This document shows, piece by piece, positions 9,834 to 25,746 of a stretch of DNA of 64,000 nucleotides. The translations under genes were made by a program, and so were the position numbers. Source of the stretch: Eledone cirrhosa. Lineage: Eukaryota. The DNA lies in NCBI GenBank assembly GCA_964016885.1, contig OZ024754.1, positions 21,390,001-21,454,000 on the forward strand, in the 5' to 3' direction. A model generated the notes under the pieces. It was not told the DNA's origin. It did not search any database and saw nothing but the letters and a program-made list of their open reading frames with translations. Every line of letters begins with the position of its first letter. The first letter of the stretch is position 1.

Positions 9834-12007
9834 TTAACTAGTTTTAATAAATTGTCTAGATGTTAAGTATATACTATATTAACTACAGTTTTAATAAATT
9901 GTCTAGATGTTAAGTATATACTATATTAACTACAGTTTTAATAAATTATCTAGATGTTAAGTATATACTATATTAACTACAGTTTTAATAAATTGTCTAG
10001 ATGTTAAGTATATCCTATATTAACTAGTTTTAATAAATTGTCTAGATGTTAAGTATATACTCTATTAACCACAGTTTTAATAAATTGTCTAGATATTAAG
10101 TATATACTATATTAACTACAGTTTTAACAAATTATCTAGATGTTAAGTATATACTATATTAACTAGGTTTAATAAATTGTCTAGATGTTAAGTATATACT
10201 ATATTAACTAGTTTTAATAAATTGTCTAGATATTAAGTATATACTATATTAACTACAGTTTTAATAAATTGTCTAGATGTTAAGTATATACTATATTAAC
10301 TACAGTTTTAATAAATTGTCTAGATGTTAAGTATATACTATATTAACTACAGTTTTAATAAATTGTCTAGATGTTAAGTATATACAATATTAACTACAGT
10401 TTTAATAAATTGTCTAGATGTTAAGTATATACTATATTAACTAGTTTTAATAAATTGTCTAGATGTTGAGTATATACTCTATTAACCACAGTTTTAATAA
10501 ATTGTCTAGATGTTAAGTATATACTATATTAACTAGTTTTAATAAATTGTCTAGATGTTAAGTATATACTATATTAACTAGTTTTAATAAATTGTCTAGA
10601 TGTTAAGTATATACTATATTAACTAGTTTTAATAAATTGTCTAGATGTTAAGTAAATACTATATTAACTACAGTTTTAATAAATTGTCTAAATGTTAAGT
10701 ATATACTATATTAACTACAGTTTAAATAAATTGTCTAGATGTTAAGTATATACTATATTAACTACAGTTTTAATAAATTGTCTAGATGTTAAGTATATAC
10801 TCTATTAACCACAGTTTTAATAAATTGTCTAGATGTTAAGTATATACTATATTAACTACAGTTTTAATAAATTGTCTAAATGTTAAGTATATACTATATT
10901 AACTACAGTTTAAATAAATTGTCTAGATGTTAAGTATATACTATATTAACTACAGTTTTAATAAATTGTCTAGATGTTAAGTATATACTATATTAACTAC
11001 AGTTTTAATAAATTGTCTAGATGTTAAGTATATACTATATTAACTACAGTTTTAATAAATTGTTTAAATGTTAAGTATATACTATATTAACTACAGTTTA
11101 AATAAATTGTCTAGATGTTAAGTATATACTATATTAACTACAGTTTTAATAAATTGTCTAGATGTTAAGTATATACTATATTAACTCCAGTTTTAATAAA
11201 TTGTCTAGATGTTAAGTATATACTATATTAACTACAGTTTTAATAAATTGTCTAGATGTTAAGTATATACTATATTAACTACAGTTTTAATAAATTGTCT
11301 CGATGTTAAGTATATACTATATTAACTAGTTTTAATAAATTGTCTAGATGTTAAGTATATACTATATTAACTGCAGTTTTAATAAATTGTCTAGATGTTA
11401 AGTATATACTATATTAACTAGTTTTAATAAATCGTCTAGATATTAAGTATATACTATATTAACTACAGTTTTAATAAATTATCTAGATGTTAAGTATATA
11501 CTATATTAACTACAGTTTTAATAAATTGTCTAGATGTTAAGTATATACTATATTAACTACAGTTTTAATAAATTATCTAGATGTTAAGTATATACTATAT
11601 TAACTAGTTTTAATAAATTGTCTAGATGTTAAGTATATACTATATTAACTAGTTTTAATAAATTGTCTAGATATTAAGTATATACTATATTAACTACAGT
11701 TTTAATAAATTGTCTAGATGTTAAGTATATACTATATTAACTACAGTTTTAATAAATTGTCTAGATGTTAAGTATATACTATATTAACTAGTTTTAATAA
11801 ATTGTCTAGATGTTAAGTATATACTCTATTAACCACAGTTTTAATAAATTGTCTAGATGTTAAGTATATACTATATTAACTACAGTTTTAATAAATTGTC
11901 TAAATGTTAAGTATATACTATATTAACTACAGTTTTAATAAATTGTCTAAATGTTAAGTATATACTATATTAACTACAGTTTAAATAAATTGTCTAGATG
12001 TTAAGTA

Positions 12008-13250
12008 TATAGCGGAGATTACTGGTTATATGAATGTAACAAAACGAGACAATGTTTGTGTATATAATATTTAATTAACGGTAGATAGAATACTTGACAT
12101 GTCAAAGATAGATGTTAGAATGAAACAAAGTTAGTAGTTACCGTTTTGATTGCCAGGCAAATGCGGCTGGCAGAGGGCGCCTGGCTAAGGCCAGGCGCCT
12201 GTTGGCCAAATTAATGGCAGAGCCAAATGAGAAGACTCTTGACCTGGTGCCGAAAAGGCAAAGAGAGAGAGGAAGCTTAAAGTTGTTAGTTTTATAGGGC
12301 TCTCACCGGAAGTTGCAGAAAGGGTTCCACTTCCCGTCTAGATCCCAATCAAAACAAGGGAGACAACCGCTACATAACCTCCCGCCAGAATTTTAGTGTA
12401 TAAAAATCGAAATGAAAATATGTAGCAAGTTGGCGAGAATGTTGTAACAGGCATGAAAATTACGACAAAAGAATGTTTGGAAAAATCAATGATAGATATC
12501 AAGGTAGCCAACCGCTCTTGGCCAGAGAACGACTGGACATCCATCTATCCATCACCCAAAGATACAATGTAATAAAGTAAAAGTAATAAAAGAGCTCAAA
12601 GTTCAAAATATAGTTCACAGGTGTGCAATCACATGACAGCGGGAAAGAAAGTGTTCCAGAGAATGAATGCAGGTGGTTTCTGTTCTGTGGTATATCGTGA
12701 AATTTCCAACCTCCGAATGGATTTTCTCACAGGAAGAGTGCTGCAAAAATAAATTCTCTGGCTTTGGTGAAGCTGTGTTGATGTATTGCTGTTGCTGTTA
12801 TATTGCTGTTGCTGCTGCTGTTGTCTCGCTGAGTGAGCGTATTCGGTGTTTAAATTCACAGTAAAAAAATTTTTTTTTAGAAAAAAATGAGTTGCGCAAA
12901 GTGCTAGAAATAGCAGCCGAAGTTGATGGTCGATGTTGAGAATGCGTTGACCTGGAAGGGTCAAGAGGCCAGCGACCAGAGAAATAAGCATTCTTAATAA
13001 ATGCGCGGTTATCAACGGTAAATTTACATTGTAAATTTATAAACCGGCAAATAGAAGAATATAGCTTAAGGCTGAAGAATCCCTGGTGATAAATGGCGTG
13101 CGGCTGTCTGTGAGAAGAGACATCTCAGTGAATCGAGAATTTATGCTGCCTACACGTGCCAATACAAGGTTGAAAAAAAATATTTCTAACGCGCGAGAAA
13201 ATGATAGTGCAATTTTGAAAGTGACAATGATGAAATGTTTTTTAAAGAAT

Positions 13251-13293
<43 letters not shown>

Positions 13294-14001
13294 GTTTTGA
13301 AAGAGTTCGTTGTAAGAAACGAGAAACATATATATATATCGTGAAATGTTTTTTTTTTGTTTTGAAAGTGTTCGTTGTAAGAAACGAGAAACATATATAT
13401 ATATATTGGTGAAATGCGACAGTTAATTGATGCGTGAGAGAAAAAGTATGTCTGTGCGAATTCCACATGTGCGTGTGTGCGTGTCCTTGAGTATTTTCAT
13501 AGTTTGTCGCTAAATTTGCTGTGTATTCGTAATGTTACTCACAAAACCAGATGTGCTATTTTTTTCTTTTTTTGGGGGGGTGACCACTTATAGCGATGAA
13601 CGGCTGCGTGTTCGTATCACGTCGGGGTCACCAATATAGCGGAGATTACTGGTTATATGAATGTAACAAAACGAGACAATGTTTGTGTATATAATATTTA
13701 ATTAACGGTAGATAGAATACTTGACATGTCAAAGATAGATGTTAGAATGAAACAAAGTTAGTAGTTACCGTTTTGATTGCCAGGCAAATGCGGCTGGCAG
13801 AGGGCGCCTGGCTAAGGCCAGGCGCCTGTTGGCCAAATTAATGGCAGAGCCAAATGAGAAGACTCTTGACCTGGTGCCGAAAAGGCAAAGAGAGAGAGGA
13901 AGCTTAAAGTTGTTAGTTTTATAGGGCTCTCACCGGAAGTTGCAGAAAGGGTTCCACTTCCCGTCTAGATCCCAATCAAAACAAGGGAGACAACCGCTAC
14001 A
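12008..14001 (-). mobile_element. Non-autonomous LTR element, copy 3
   Basis: Same structure. Carries the AATCGAG allele (copies 1-2 have AATCAAG). Confidence 0.93.
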
Positions 14002-15687
14002 AGTATATACTATATTAACTACAGTTTTAATAAATTGTCTAGATGTTAAGTATATACTCTATTAACCACAGTTTTAATAAATTGTCTAGATGTTAAGTAT
14101 ATACTATATTAACTACAGTTTTAATAAATTGTCTAAATGTTAAGTATATACTATATTAACTACAGTTTAAATAAATTGTCTAGATGTTAACTATATACTA
14201 TATTAACTACAGTTTTAATAAATTGTCTAGATGTTAAGTATATACTATATTAACTACAGTTTTAATAAATTGTCTAGATGTTAAGTATATACTATATTAA
14301 CTACAGTTTTAATAAATTGTTTAAATGTTAAGTATATACTATATTAACTACAGTTTAAATAAATTGTCTAGATGTTAAGTATATACTATATTAACTACAG
14401 TTTTAATAAATTGTCTAGATGTTAAGTATATACTATATTAACTCCAGTTTTAATAAATTGTCTAGATGTTAAGTATATACTATATTAACTACAGTTTTAA
14501 TAAATTGTCTAGATGTTAAGTATATACTATATTAACTACAGTTTTAATAAATTGTCTAGATGTTAAGTATATACTATATTAACTACAGTTTTAATAAATT
14601 GTCTAGATGTTAAGTATATACTATATTAACTACAGTTTTAATAAATTGTCTAGATGTTAAGTATATACTATATTAACTACAGTTTTAATAAATTGTCTAG
14701 ATGTTAAGTATATACTATATTAACTACAGTTTTAATAAATTGTTTAAATGTTAAGTATATACTATATTAACTACAGTTTAAATAAATTGTCTAGATGTTA
14801 AGTATATACTATATTAACTACAGTTTTAATAAATTGTCTAGATGTTAAGTATATACTATATTAACTCCAGTTTTAATAAATTGTCTAGATGTTAAGTATA
14901 TACTATATTAACTACAGTTTTAATAAATTGTCTAGATGTTAAGTATATACTATATTAACTACAGTTTTAATAAATTGTCTCGATGTTAAGTATATACTAT
15001 ATTAACTAGTTTTAATAAATTGTCTAGATGTTAAGTATATACTATATTAACTGCAGTTTTAATAAATTGTCTAGATGTTAAGTATATACTATATTAACTA
15101 GTTTTAATAAATCGTCTAGATATTAAGTATATACTATATTAACTACAGTTTTAATAAATTATCTAGATGTTAAGTATATACTATATTAACTACAGTTTTA
15201 ATAAATTGTCTAGATGTTAAGTATATACTATATTAACTACAGTTTTAATAAATTATCTAGATGTTAAGTATATACTATATTAACTAGTTTTAATAAATTG
15301 TCTAGATGTTAAGTATATACTATATTAACTAGTTTTAATAAATTGTCTAGATATTAAGTATATACTATATTAACTACAGTTTTAATAAATTGTCTAGATG
15401 TTAAGTATATACTATATTAACTACAGTTTTAATAAATTGTCTAGATGTTAAGTATATACTATATTAACTAGTTTTAATAAATTGTCTAGATGTTAAGTAT
15501 ATACTCTATTAACCACAGTTTTAATAAATTGTCTAGATGTTAAGTATATACTATATTAACTACAGTTTTAATAAATTGTCTAAATGTTAAGTATATACTA
15601 TATTAACTACAGTTTTAATAAATTGTCTAAATGTTAAGTATATACTATATTAACTACAGTTTAAATAAATTGTCTAGATGTTAAGTA

Positions 15688-16930
15688 TATAGCTGAGATT
15701 ACTGGTTATATGAATGTAACAAAACGAGACAATGTTTGTGTATATAATATTTAATTAACGGTAGATAGAATACTTGACATGTCAAAGATAGATGTTAGAA
15801 TGAAACAAAGTTAGTAGTTACCGTTTTGATTGCCAGGCAAATGCGGCTGGCAGAGGGCGCCTGGCTAAGGCCAGGCGCCTGTTGGCCAAATTAATGGCAG
15901 AGCCAAATGAGAAGACTCTTGACCTGGTGCCGAAAAGGCAAAGAGAGAGAGGAAGCTTAAAGTTGTTAGTTTTATAGGGCTCTCACCGGAAGTTGCAGAA
16001 AGGGTTCCACTTCCCGTCTAGATCCCAATCAAAACAAGGGAGACAACCGCTACATAACCTCCCGCCAGAATTTTAGTGTATAAAAATCGAAATGAAAATA
16101 TGTAGCAAGTTGGCGAGAATGTTGTAACAGGCATGAAAATTACGACAAAAGAATGTTTGGAAAAATCAATGATAGATATCAAGGTAGCCAACCGCTCTTG
16201 GCCAGAGAACGACTGGACATCCATCTATCCATCACCCAAAGATACAATGTAATAAAGTAAAAGTAATAAAAGAGCTCAAAGTTCAAAATATAGTTCACAG
16301 GTGTGCAATCACATGACAGCGGGAAAGAAAGTGTTCCAGAGAATGAATGCAGGTGGTTTCTGTTCTGTGGTATATCGTGAAATTTCCAACCTCCGAATGG
16401 ATTTTCTCACAGGAAGAGTGCTGCAAAAATAAATTCTCTGGCTTTGGTGAAGCTGTGTTGATGTATTGCTGTTGCTGTTATATTGCTGTTGCTGCTGCTG
16501 TTGTCTCGCTGAGTGAGCGTATTCGGTGTTTAAATTCACAGTAAAAAAATTTTTTTTTAGAAAAAAATGAGTTGCGCAAAGTGCTAGAAATAGCAGCCGA
16601 AGTTGATGGTCGATGTTGAGAATGCGTTGACCTGGAAGGGTCAAGAGGCCAGCGACCAGAGAAATAAGCATTCTTAATAAATGCGCGGTTATCAACGGTA
16701 AATTTACATTGTAAATTTATAAACCGGCAAATAGAAGAATATAGCTTAAGGCTGAAGAATCCCTGGTGATAAATGGCGTGCGGCTGTCTGTGAGAAGAGA
16801 CATCTCAGTGAATCGAGAATTTATGCTGCCTACACGTGCCAATACAAGGTTGAAAAAAAATATTTCTAACGCGCGAGAAAATGATAGTGCAATTTTGAAA
16901 GTGACAATGATGAAATGTTTTTTAAAGAAT

Positions 16931-16978
<48 letters not shown>

Positions 16979-17686
16979 GTTTTGAAAGAGTTCGTTGTAA
17001 GAAACGAGAAACATATATATATATCGTGAAATGTTTTTTTTTTGTTTTGAAAGTGTTCGTTGTAAGAAACGAGAAACATATATATATATATTGGTGAAAT
17101 GCGACAGTTAATTGATGCGTGAGAGAAAAAGTATGTCTGTGCGAATTCCACATGTGCGTGTGTGCGTGTCCTTGAGTATTTTCATAGTTTGTCGCTAAAT
17201 TTGCTGTGTATTCGTAATGTTACTCACAAAACCAGATGTGCTATTTTTTTCTTTTTTTGGGGGGGTGACCACTTATAGCGATGAACGGCTGCGTGTTCGT
17301 ATCACGTCGGGGTCACCAATATAGCGGAGATTACTGGTTATATGAATGTAACAAAACGAGACAATGTTTGTGTATATAATATTTAATTAACGGTAGATAG
17401 AATACTTGACATGTCAAAGATAGATGTTAGAATGAAACAAAGTTAGTAGTTACCGTTTTGATTGCCAGGCAAATGCGGCTGGCAGAGGGCGCCTGGCTAA
17501 GGCCAGGCGCCTGTTGGCCAAATTAATGGCAGAGCCAAATGAGAAGACTCTTGACCTGGTGCCGAAAAGGCAAAGAGAGAGAGGAAGCTTAAAGTTGTTA
17601 GTTTTATAGGGCTCTCACCGGAAGTTGCAGAAAGGGTTCCACTTCCCGTCTAGATCCCAATCAAAACAAGGGAGACAACCGCTACA
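15688..17686 (-). mobile_element. Non-autonomous LTR element, copy 4
   Basis: Left LTR begins TATAGCTG instead of TATAGCGG. Poly-T is 5 nt longer. Confidence 0.93.
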
Positions 17687-18355
17687 AGTATATACTATAT
17701 TAACTACAGTTTTAATAAATTGTCTAGATGTTAAGTATATACTCTATTAACCACAGTTTTAATAAATTGTCTAGATGTTAAGTATATACTATATTAACTA
17801 CAGTTTTAATAAATTGTCTAAATGTTAAGTATATACTATATTAACTACAGTTTAAATAAATTGTCTAGATGTTAAGTATATACTATATTAACTACAGTTT
17901 TAATAAATTGTCTAGATGTTAAGTATATACTATATTAACTACAGTTTTAATAAATTGTCTAGATGTTAAGTATATACTATATTAACTACAGTTTTAATAA
18001 ATTGTTTAAATGTTAAGTATATACTATATTAACTACAGTTTAAATAAATTGTCTAGATGTTAAGTATATACTATATTAACTACAGTTTTAATAAATTGTC
18101 TAGATGTTAAGTATATACTATATTAACTCCAGTTTTAATAAATTGTCTAGATGTTAAGTATATACTATATTAACTACAGTTTTAATAAATTGTCTAGATG
18201 TTAAGTATATACTATATTAACTACAGTTTTAATAAATTGTCTAGATGTTAAGTATATACTATATTAACTACAGTTTTAATAAATTGTCTAGATGTTAAGT
18301 ATATACTATATTAACTAGTTTTAATAAATTGTCTAGATGTTAAGTATATACTATA

Positions 18356-19216
18356 CTAGCAGTAAAGCCCGGCGTTGCTCAGGGTCGCTCAGTAGCTGTG
18401 TTAAAGTTACAATGTTAAGTTTCTTTCTTGGCTTAAAAACTATAGTGTCTACTGTGCAGACTTGCATGTGGTGTTTTTGATTAATATTCCCTCAACCAAC
18501 AATATGCCTTATGAAGTTAAGAAAACATAACGATAACCCGAATGTTATAACAAAAGAGGATGCTGGGGATAGAAACTGCACTGGTTATTTATTAACAAAG
18601 ATCGAAAATGTAAACACTGCAACGCAGAGAAAAACATTAACGTAACCAAATTATCAGTTATGTCTGTCTGCACGCCTATATCACCTCTCTGCACGACTGT
18701 CTGTCTGCACGCCTATATCACCTCTCTGCACGACTGTCTGTCTGCACGCGTATATCACCTCTCTGCACGACTGTCTGTCTGCACGCCTAACGACGAAATA
18801 TTTGCTTGTTTTACGTAGTCTTTAAATAGACTTGTTTTCAAGTAAAAATATTGTTTTAAGATGCTTTTAAATGGAAATGAAGCAAAACGGAAGCTTAGTG
18901 TTCGAACTGATGAATTTTGGAGGTCAATATTTTGCTGGCTCGACAACTGTTAAAGCCAGCGTAATTTTTCACGTAAGACGCTCAATGTAAACAAAACAAA
19001 GGGAAATAACTGATAACTTACGCTCAAAAATCGATACATTATATTCGATTTCGTCACATAGGGTGGGTCAATTTGAAATTTTTTTTTTCCGATTTCTTCG
19101 CTAGGGCTCAATGTACAAGTATAGCAATTTCGGTGCAATTCCGTGAGAGATTCTAAGAGGAGATGTGTGCCAAAAATCGATAGACAGACAGACAACCACA
19201 GTTTTATATATATAGA
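18356..19216 (-). mobile_element. Helitron subtype A, copy 3
   Basis: Same termini and flanks. Confidence 0.9.
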
Positions 19217-20043
19217 TTAACTAGTTTTAATAAATTGTCTAGATGTTAAGTATATACTATATTAACTACAGTTTTAATAAATTGTCTAGATGTTAAGTAT
19301 ATACTATATTAACTACAGTTTTAATAAATTATCTAGATGTTAAGTATATACTATATTAACTACAGTTTTAATAAATTGTCTAGATGTTAAGTATATCCTA
19401 TATTAACTAGTTTTAATAAATTGTCTAGATGTTAAGTATATACTCTATTAACCACAGTTTTAATAAATTGTCTAGATATTAAGTATATACTATATTAACT
19501 ACAGTTTTAACAAATTATCTAGATGTTAAGTATATACTATATTAACTAGGTTTAATAAATTGTCTAGATGTTAAGTATATACTATATTAACTAGTTTTAA
19601 TAAATTGTCTAGATATTAAGTATATACTATATTAACTACAGTTTTAATAAATTGTCTAGATGTTAAGTATATACTATATTAACTACAGTTTTAATAAATT
19701 GTCTAGATGTTAAGTATATACTATATTAACTACAGTTTTAATAAATTGTCTAGATGTTAAGTATATACAATATTAACTACAGTTTTAATAAATTGTCTAG
19801 ATGTTAAGTATATACTATATTAACTAGTTTTAATAAATTGTCTAGATGTTGAGTATATACTCTATTAACCACAGTTTTAATAAATTGTCTAGATGTTAAG
19901 TATATACTATATTAACTACAGTTTTAATAAATTGTCTAAATGTTAAGTATATACTATATTAACTACAGTTTTAATAAATTGTCTAAATGTTAAGTATATA
20001 CTATATTAACTACAGTTTAAATAAATTGTCTAGATGTTAAGTA

Positions 20044-21286
20044 TATAGCTGAGATTACTGGTTATATGAATGTAACAAAACGAGACAATGTTTGTGTATA
20101 TAATATTTAATTAACGGTAGATAGAATACTTGACATGTCAAAGATAGATGTTAGAATGAAACAAAGTTAGTAGTTACCGTTTTGATTGCCAGGCAAATGC
20201 GGCTGGCAGAGGGCGCCTGGCTAAGGCCAGGCGCCTGTTGGCCAAATTAATGGCAGAGCCAAATGAGAAGACTCTTGACCTGGTGCCGAAAAGGCAAAGA
20301 GAGAGAGGAAGCTTAAAGTTGTTAGTTTTATAGGGCTCTCACCGGAAGTTGCAGAAAGGGTTCCACTTCCCGTCTAGATCCCAATCAAAACAAGGGAGAC
20401 AACCGCTACATAACCTCCCGCCAGAATTTTAGTGTATAAAAATCGAAATGAAAATATGTAGCAAGTTGGCGAGAATGTTGTAACAGGCATGAAAATTACG
20501 ACAAAAGAATGTTTGGAAAAATCAATGATAGATATCAAGGTAGCCAACCGCTCTTGGCCAGAGAACGACTGGACATCCATCTATCCATCACCCAAAGATA
20601 CAATGTAATAAAGTAAAAGTAATAAAAGAGCTCAAAGTTCAAAATATAGTTCACAGGTGTGCAATCACATGACAGCGGGAAAGAAAGTGTTCCAGAGAAT
20701 GAATGCAGGTGGTTTCTGTTCTGTGGTATATCGTGAAATTTCCAACCTCCGAATGGATTTTCTCACAGGAAGAGTGCTGCAAAAATAAATTCTCTGGCTT
20801 TGGTGAAGCTGTGTTGATGTATTGCTGTTGCTGTTATATTGCTGTTGCTGCTGCTGTTGTCTCGCTGAGTGAGCGTATTCGGTGTTTAAATTCACAGTAA
20901 AAAAATTTTTTTTTAGAAAAAAATGAGTTGCGCAAAGTGCTAGAAATAGCAGCCGAAGTTGATGGTCGATGTTGAGAATGCGTTGACCTGGAAGGGTCAA
21001 GAGGCCAGCGACCAGAGAAATAAGCATTCTTAATAAATGCGCGGTTATCAACGGTAAATTTACATTGTAAATTTATAAACCGGCAAATAGAAGAATATAG
21101 CTTAAGGCTGAAGAATCCCTGGTGATAAATGGCGTGCGGCTGTCTGTGAGAAGAGACATCTCAGTGAATCGAGAATTTATGCTGCCTACACGTGCCAATA
21201 CAAGGTTGAAAAAAAATATTTCTAACGCGCGAGAAAATGATAGTGCAATTTTGAAAGTGACAATGATGAAATGTTTTTTAAAGAAT

Positions 21287-21334
<48 letters not shown>

Positions 21335-22042
21335 GTTTTGAAAGAGTTCGTTGTAAGAAACGAGAAACATATATATATATCGTGAAATGTTTTTTTTTTG
21401 TTTTGAAAGTGTTCGTTGTAAGAAACGAGAAACATATATATATATATTGGTGAAATGCGACAGTTAATTGATGCGTGAGAGAAAAAGTATGTCTGTGCGA
21501 ATTCCACATGTGCGTGTGTGCGTGTCCTTGAGTATTTTCATAGTTTGTCGCTAAATTTGCTGTGTATTCGTAATGTTACTCACAAAACCAGATGTGCTAT
21601 TTTTTTCTTTTTTTGGGGGGGTGACCACTTATAGCGATGAACGGCTGCGTGTTCGTATCACGTCGGGGTCACCAATATAGCGGAGATTACTGGTTATATG
21701 AATGTAACAAAACGAGACAATGTTTGTGTATATAATATTTAATTAACGGTAGATAGAATACTTGACATGTCAAAGATAGATGTTAGAATGAAACAAAGTT
21801 AGTAGTTACCGTTTTGATTGCCAGGCAAATGCGGCTGGCAGAGGGCGCCTGGCTAAGGCCAGGCGCCTGTTGGCCAAATTAATGGCAGAGCCAAATGAGA
21901 AGACTCTTGACCTGGTGCCGAAAAGGCAAAGAGAGAGAGGAAGCTTAAAGTTGTTAGTTTTATAGGGCTCTCACCGGAAGTTGCAGAAAGGGTTCCACTT
22001 CCCGTCTAGATCCCAATCAAAACAAGGGAGACAACCGCTACA
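20044..22042 (-). mobile_element. Non-autonomous LTR element, copy 5
   Basis: Shares TATAGCTG and the +5 poly-T with copy 4. Confidence 0.93.
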
Positions 22043-22711
22043 AGTATATACTATATTAACTACAGTTTTAATAAATTGTCTAGATGTTAAGTATATACTC
22101 TATTAACCACAGTTTTAATAAATTGTCTAGATGTTAAGTATATACTATATTAACTACAGTTTTAATAAATTGTCTAAATGTTAAGTATATACTATATTAA
22201 CTACAGTTTAAATAAATTGTCTAGATGTTAAGTATATACTATATTAACTACAGTTTTAATAAATTGTCTAGATGTTAAGTATATACTATATTAACTACAG
22301 TTTTAATAAATTGTCTAGATGTTAAGTATATACTATATTAACTACAGTTTTAATAAATTGTTTAAATGTTAAGTATATACTATATTAACTACAGTTTAAA
22401 TAAATTGTCTAGATGTTAAGTATATACTATATTAACTACAGTTTTAATAAATTGTCTAGATGTTAAGTATATACTATATTAACTCCAGTTTTAATAAATT
22501 GTCTAGATGTTAAGTATATACTATATTAACTACAGTTTTAATAAATTGTCTAGATGTTAAGTATATACTATATTAACTACAGTTTTAATAAATTGTCTAG
22601 ATGTTAAGTATATACTATATTAACTACAGTTTTAATAAATTGTCTAGATGTTAAGTATATACTATATTAACTAGTTTTAATAAATTGTCTAGATGTTAAG
22701 TATATACTATA

Positions 22712-23572
22712 CTAGCAGTAAAGCCCGGCGTTGCTCAGGGTCGCTCAGTAGCTGTGTTAAAGTTACAATGTTAAGTTTCTTTCTTGGCTTAAAAACTATA
22801 GTGTCTACTGTGCAGACTTGCATGTGGTGTTTTTGATTAATATTCCCTCAACCAACAATATGCCTTATGAAGTTAAGAAAACATAACGATAACCCGAATG
22901 TTATAACAAAAGAGGATGCTGGGGATAGAAACTGCACTGGTTATTTATTAACAAAGATCGAAAATGTAAACACTGCAACGCAGAGAAAAACATTAACGTA
23001 ACCAAATTATCAGTTATGTCTGTCTGCACGCCTATATCACCTCTCTGCACGACTGTCTGTCTGCACGCCTATATCACCTCTCTGCACGACTGTCTGTCTG
23101 CACGCGTATATCACCTCTCTGCACGACTGTCTGTCTGCACGCCTAACGACGAAATATTTGCTTGTTTTACGTAGTCTTTAAATAGACTTGTTTTCAAGTA
23201 AAAATATTGTTTTAAGATGCTTTTAAATGGAAATGAAGCAAAACGGAAGCTTAGTGTTCGAACTGATGAATTTTGGAGGTCAATATTTTGCTGGCTCGAC
23301 AACTGTTAAAGCCAGCGTAATTTTTCACGTAAGACGCTCAATGTAAACAAAACAAAGGGAAATAACTGATAACTTACGCTCAAAAATCGATACATTATAT
23401 TCGATTTCGTCACATAGGGTGGGTCAATTTGAAATTTTTTTTTTCCGATTTCTTCGCTAGGGCTCAATGTACAAGTATAGCAATTTCGGTGCAATTCCGT
23501 GAGAGATTCTAAGAGGAGATGTGTGCCAAAAATCGATAGACAGACAGACAACCACAGTTTTATATATATAGA
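22712..23572 (-). mobile_element. Helitron subtype A, copy 4
   Basis: Same termini and flanks. Confidence 0.9.
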
Positions 23573-25746
23573 TTAACTAGTTTTAATAAATTGTCTAGAT
23601 GTTAAGTATATACTATATTAACTACAGTTTTAATAAATTGTCTAGATGTTAAGTATATACTATATTAACTACAGTTTTAATAAATTATCTAGATGTTAAG
23701 TATATACTATATTAACTACAGTTTTAATAAATTGTCTAGATGTTAAGTATATCCTATATTAACTAGTTTTAATAAATTGTCTAGATGTTAAGTATATACT
23801 CTATTAACCACAGTTTTAATAAATTGTCTAGATATTAAGTATATACTATATTAACTACAGTTTTAACAAATTATCTAGATGTTAAGTATATACTATATTA
23901 ACTAGGTTTAATAAATTGTCTAGATGTTAAGTATATACTATATTAACTAGTTTTAATAAATTGTCTAGATATTAAGTATATACTATATTAACTACAGTTT
24001 TAATAAATTGTCTAGATGTTAAGTATATACTATATTAACTACAGTTTTAATAAATTGTCTAGATGTTAAGTATATACTATATTAACTACAGTTTTAATAA
24101 ATTGTCTAGATGTTAAGTATATACAATATTAACTACAGTTTTAATAAATTGTCTAGATGTTAAGTATATACTATATTAACTAGTTTTAATAAATTGTCTA
24201 GATGTTGAGTATATACTCTATTAACCACAGTTTTAATAAATTGTCTAGATGTTAAGTATATACTATATTAACTAGTTTTAATAAATTGTCTAGATGTTAA
24301 GTATATACTATATTAACTAGTTTTAATAAATTGTCTAGATGTTAAGTATATACTATATTAACTAGTTTTAATAAATTGTCTAGATGTTAAGTAAATACTA
24401 TATTAACTACAGTTTTAATAAATTGTCTAAATGTTAAGTATATACTATATTAACTACAGTTTAAATAAATTGTCTAGATGTTAAGTATATACTATATTAA
24501 CTACAGTTTTAATAAATTGTCTAGATGTTAAGTATATACTCTATTAACCACAGTTTTAATAAATTGTCTAGATGTTAAGTATATACTATATTAACTACAG
24601 TTTTAATAAATTGTCTAAATGTTAAGTATATACTATATTAACTACAGTTTAAATAAATTGTCTAGATGTTAAGTATATACTATATTAACTACAGTTTTAA
24701 TAAATTGTCTAGATGTTAAGTATATACTATATTAACTACAGTTTTAATAAATTGTCTAGATGTTAAGTATATACTATATTAACTACAGTTTTAATAAATT
24801 GTTTAAATGTTAAGTATATACTATATTAACTACAGTTTAAATAAATTGTCTAGATGTTAAGTATATACTATATTAACTACAGTTTTAATAAATTGTCTAG
24901 ATGTTAAGTATATACTATATTAACTCCAGTTTTAATAAATTGTCTAGATGTTAAGTATATACTATATTAACTACAGTTTTAATAAATTGTCTAGATGTTA
25001 AGTATATACTATATTAACTACAGTTTTAATAAATTGTCTCGATGTTAAGTATATACTATATTAACTAGTTTTAATAAATTGTCTAGATGTTAAGTATATA
25101 CTATATTAACTGCAGTTTTAATAAATTGTCTAGATGTTAAGTATATACTATATTAACTAGTTTTAATAAATCGTCTAGATATTAAGTATATACTATATTA
25201 ACTACAGTTTTAATAAATTATCTAGATGTTAAGTATATACTATATTAACTACAGTTTTAATAAATTGTCTAGATGTTAAGTATATACTATATTAACTACA
25301 GTTTTAATAAATTATCTAGATGTTAAGTATATACTATATTAACTAGTTTTAATAAATTGTCTAGATGTTAAGTATATACTATATTAACTAGTTTTAATAA
25401 ATTGTCTAGATATTAAGTATATACTATATTAACTACAGTTTTAATAAATTGTCTAGATGTTAAGTATATACTATATTAACTACAGTTTTAATAAATTGTC
25501 TAGATGTTAAGTATATACTATATTAACTAGTTTTAATAAATTGTCTAGATGTTAAGTATATACTCTATTAACCACAGTTTTAATAAATTGTCTAGATGTT
25601 AAGTATATACTATATTAACTACAGTTTTAATAAATTGTCTAAATGTTAAGTATATACTATATTAACTACAGTTTTAATAAATTGTCTAAATGTTAAGTAT
25701 ATACTATATTAACTACAGTTTAAATAAATTGTCTAGATGTTAAGTA

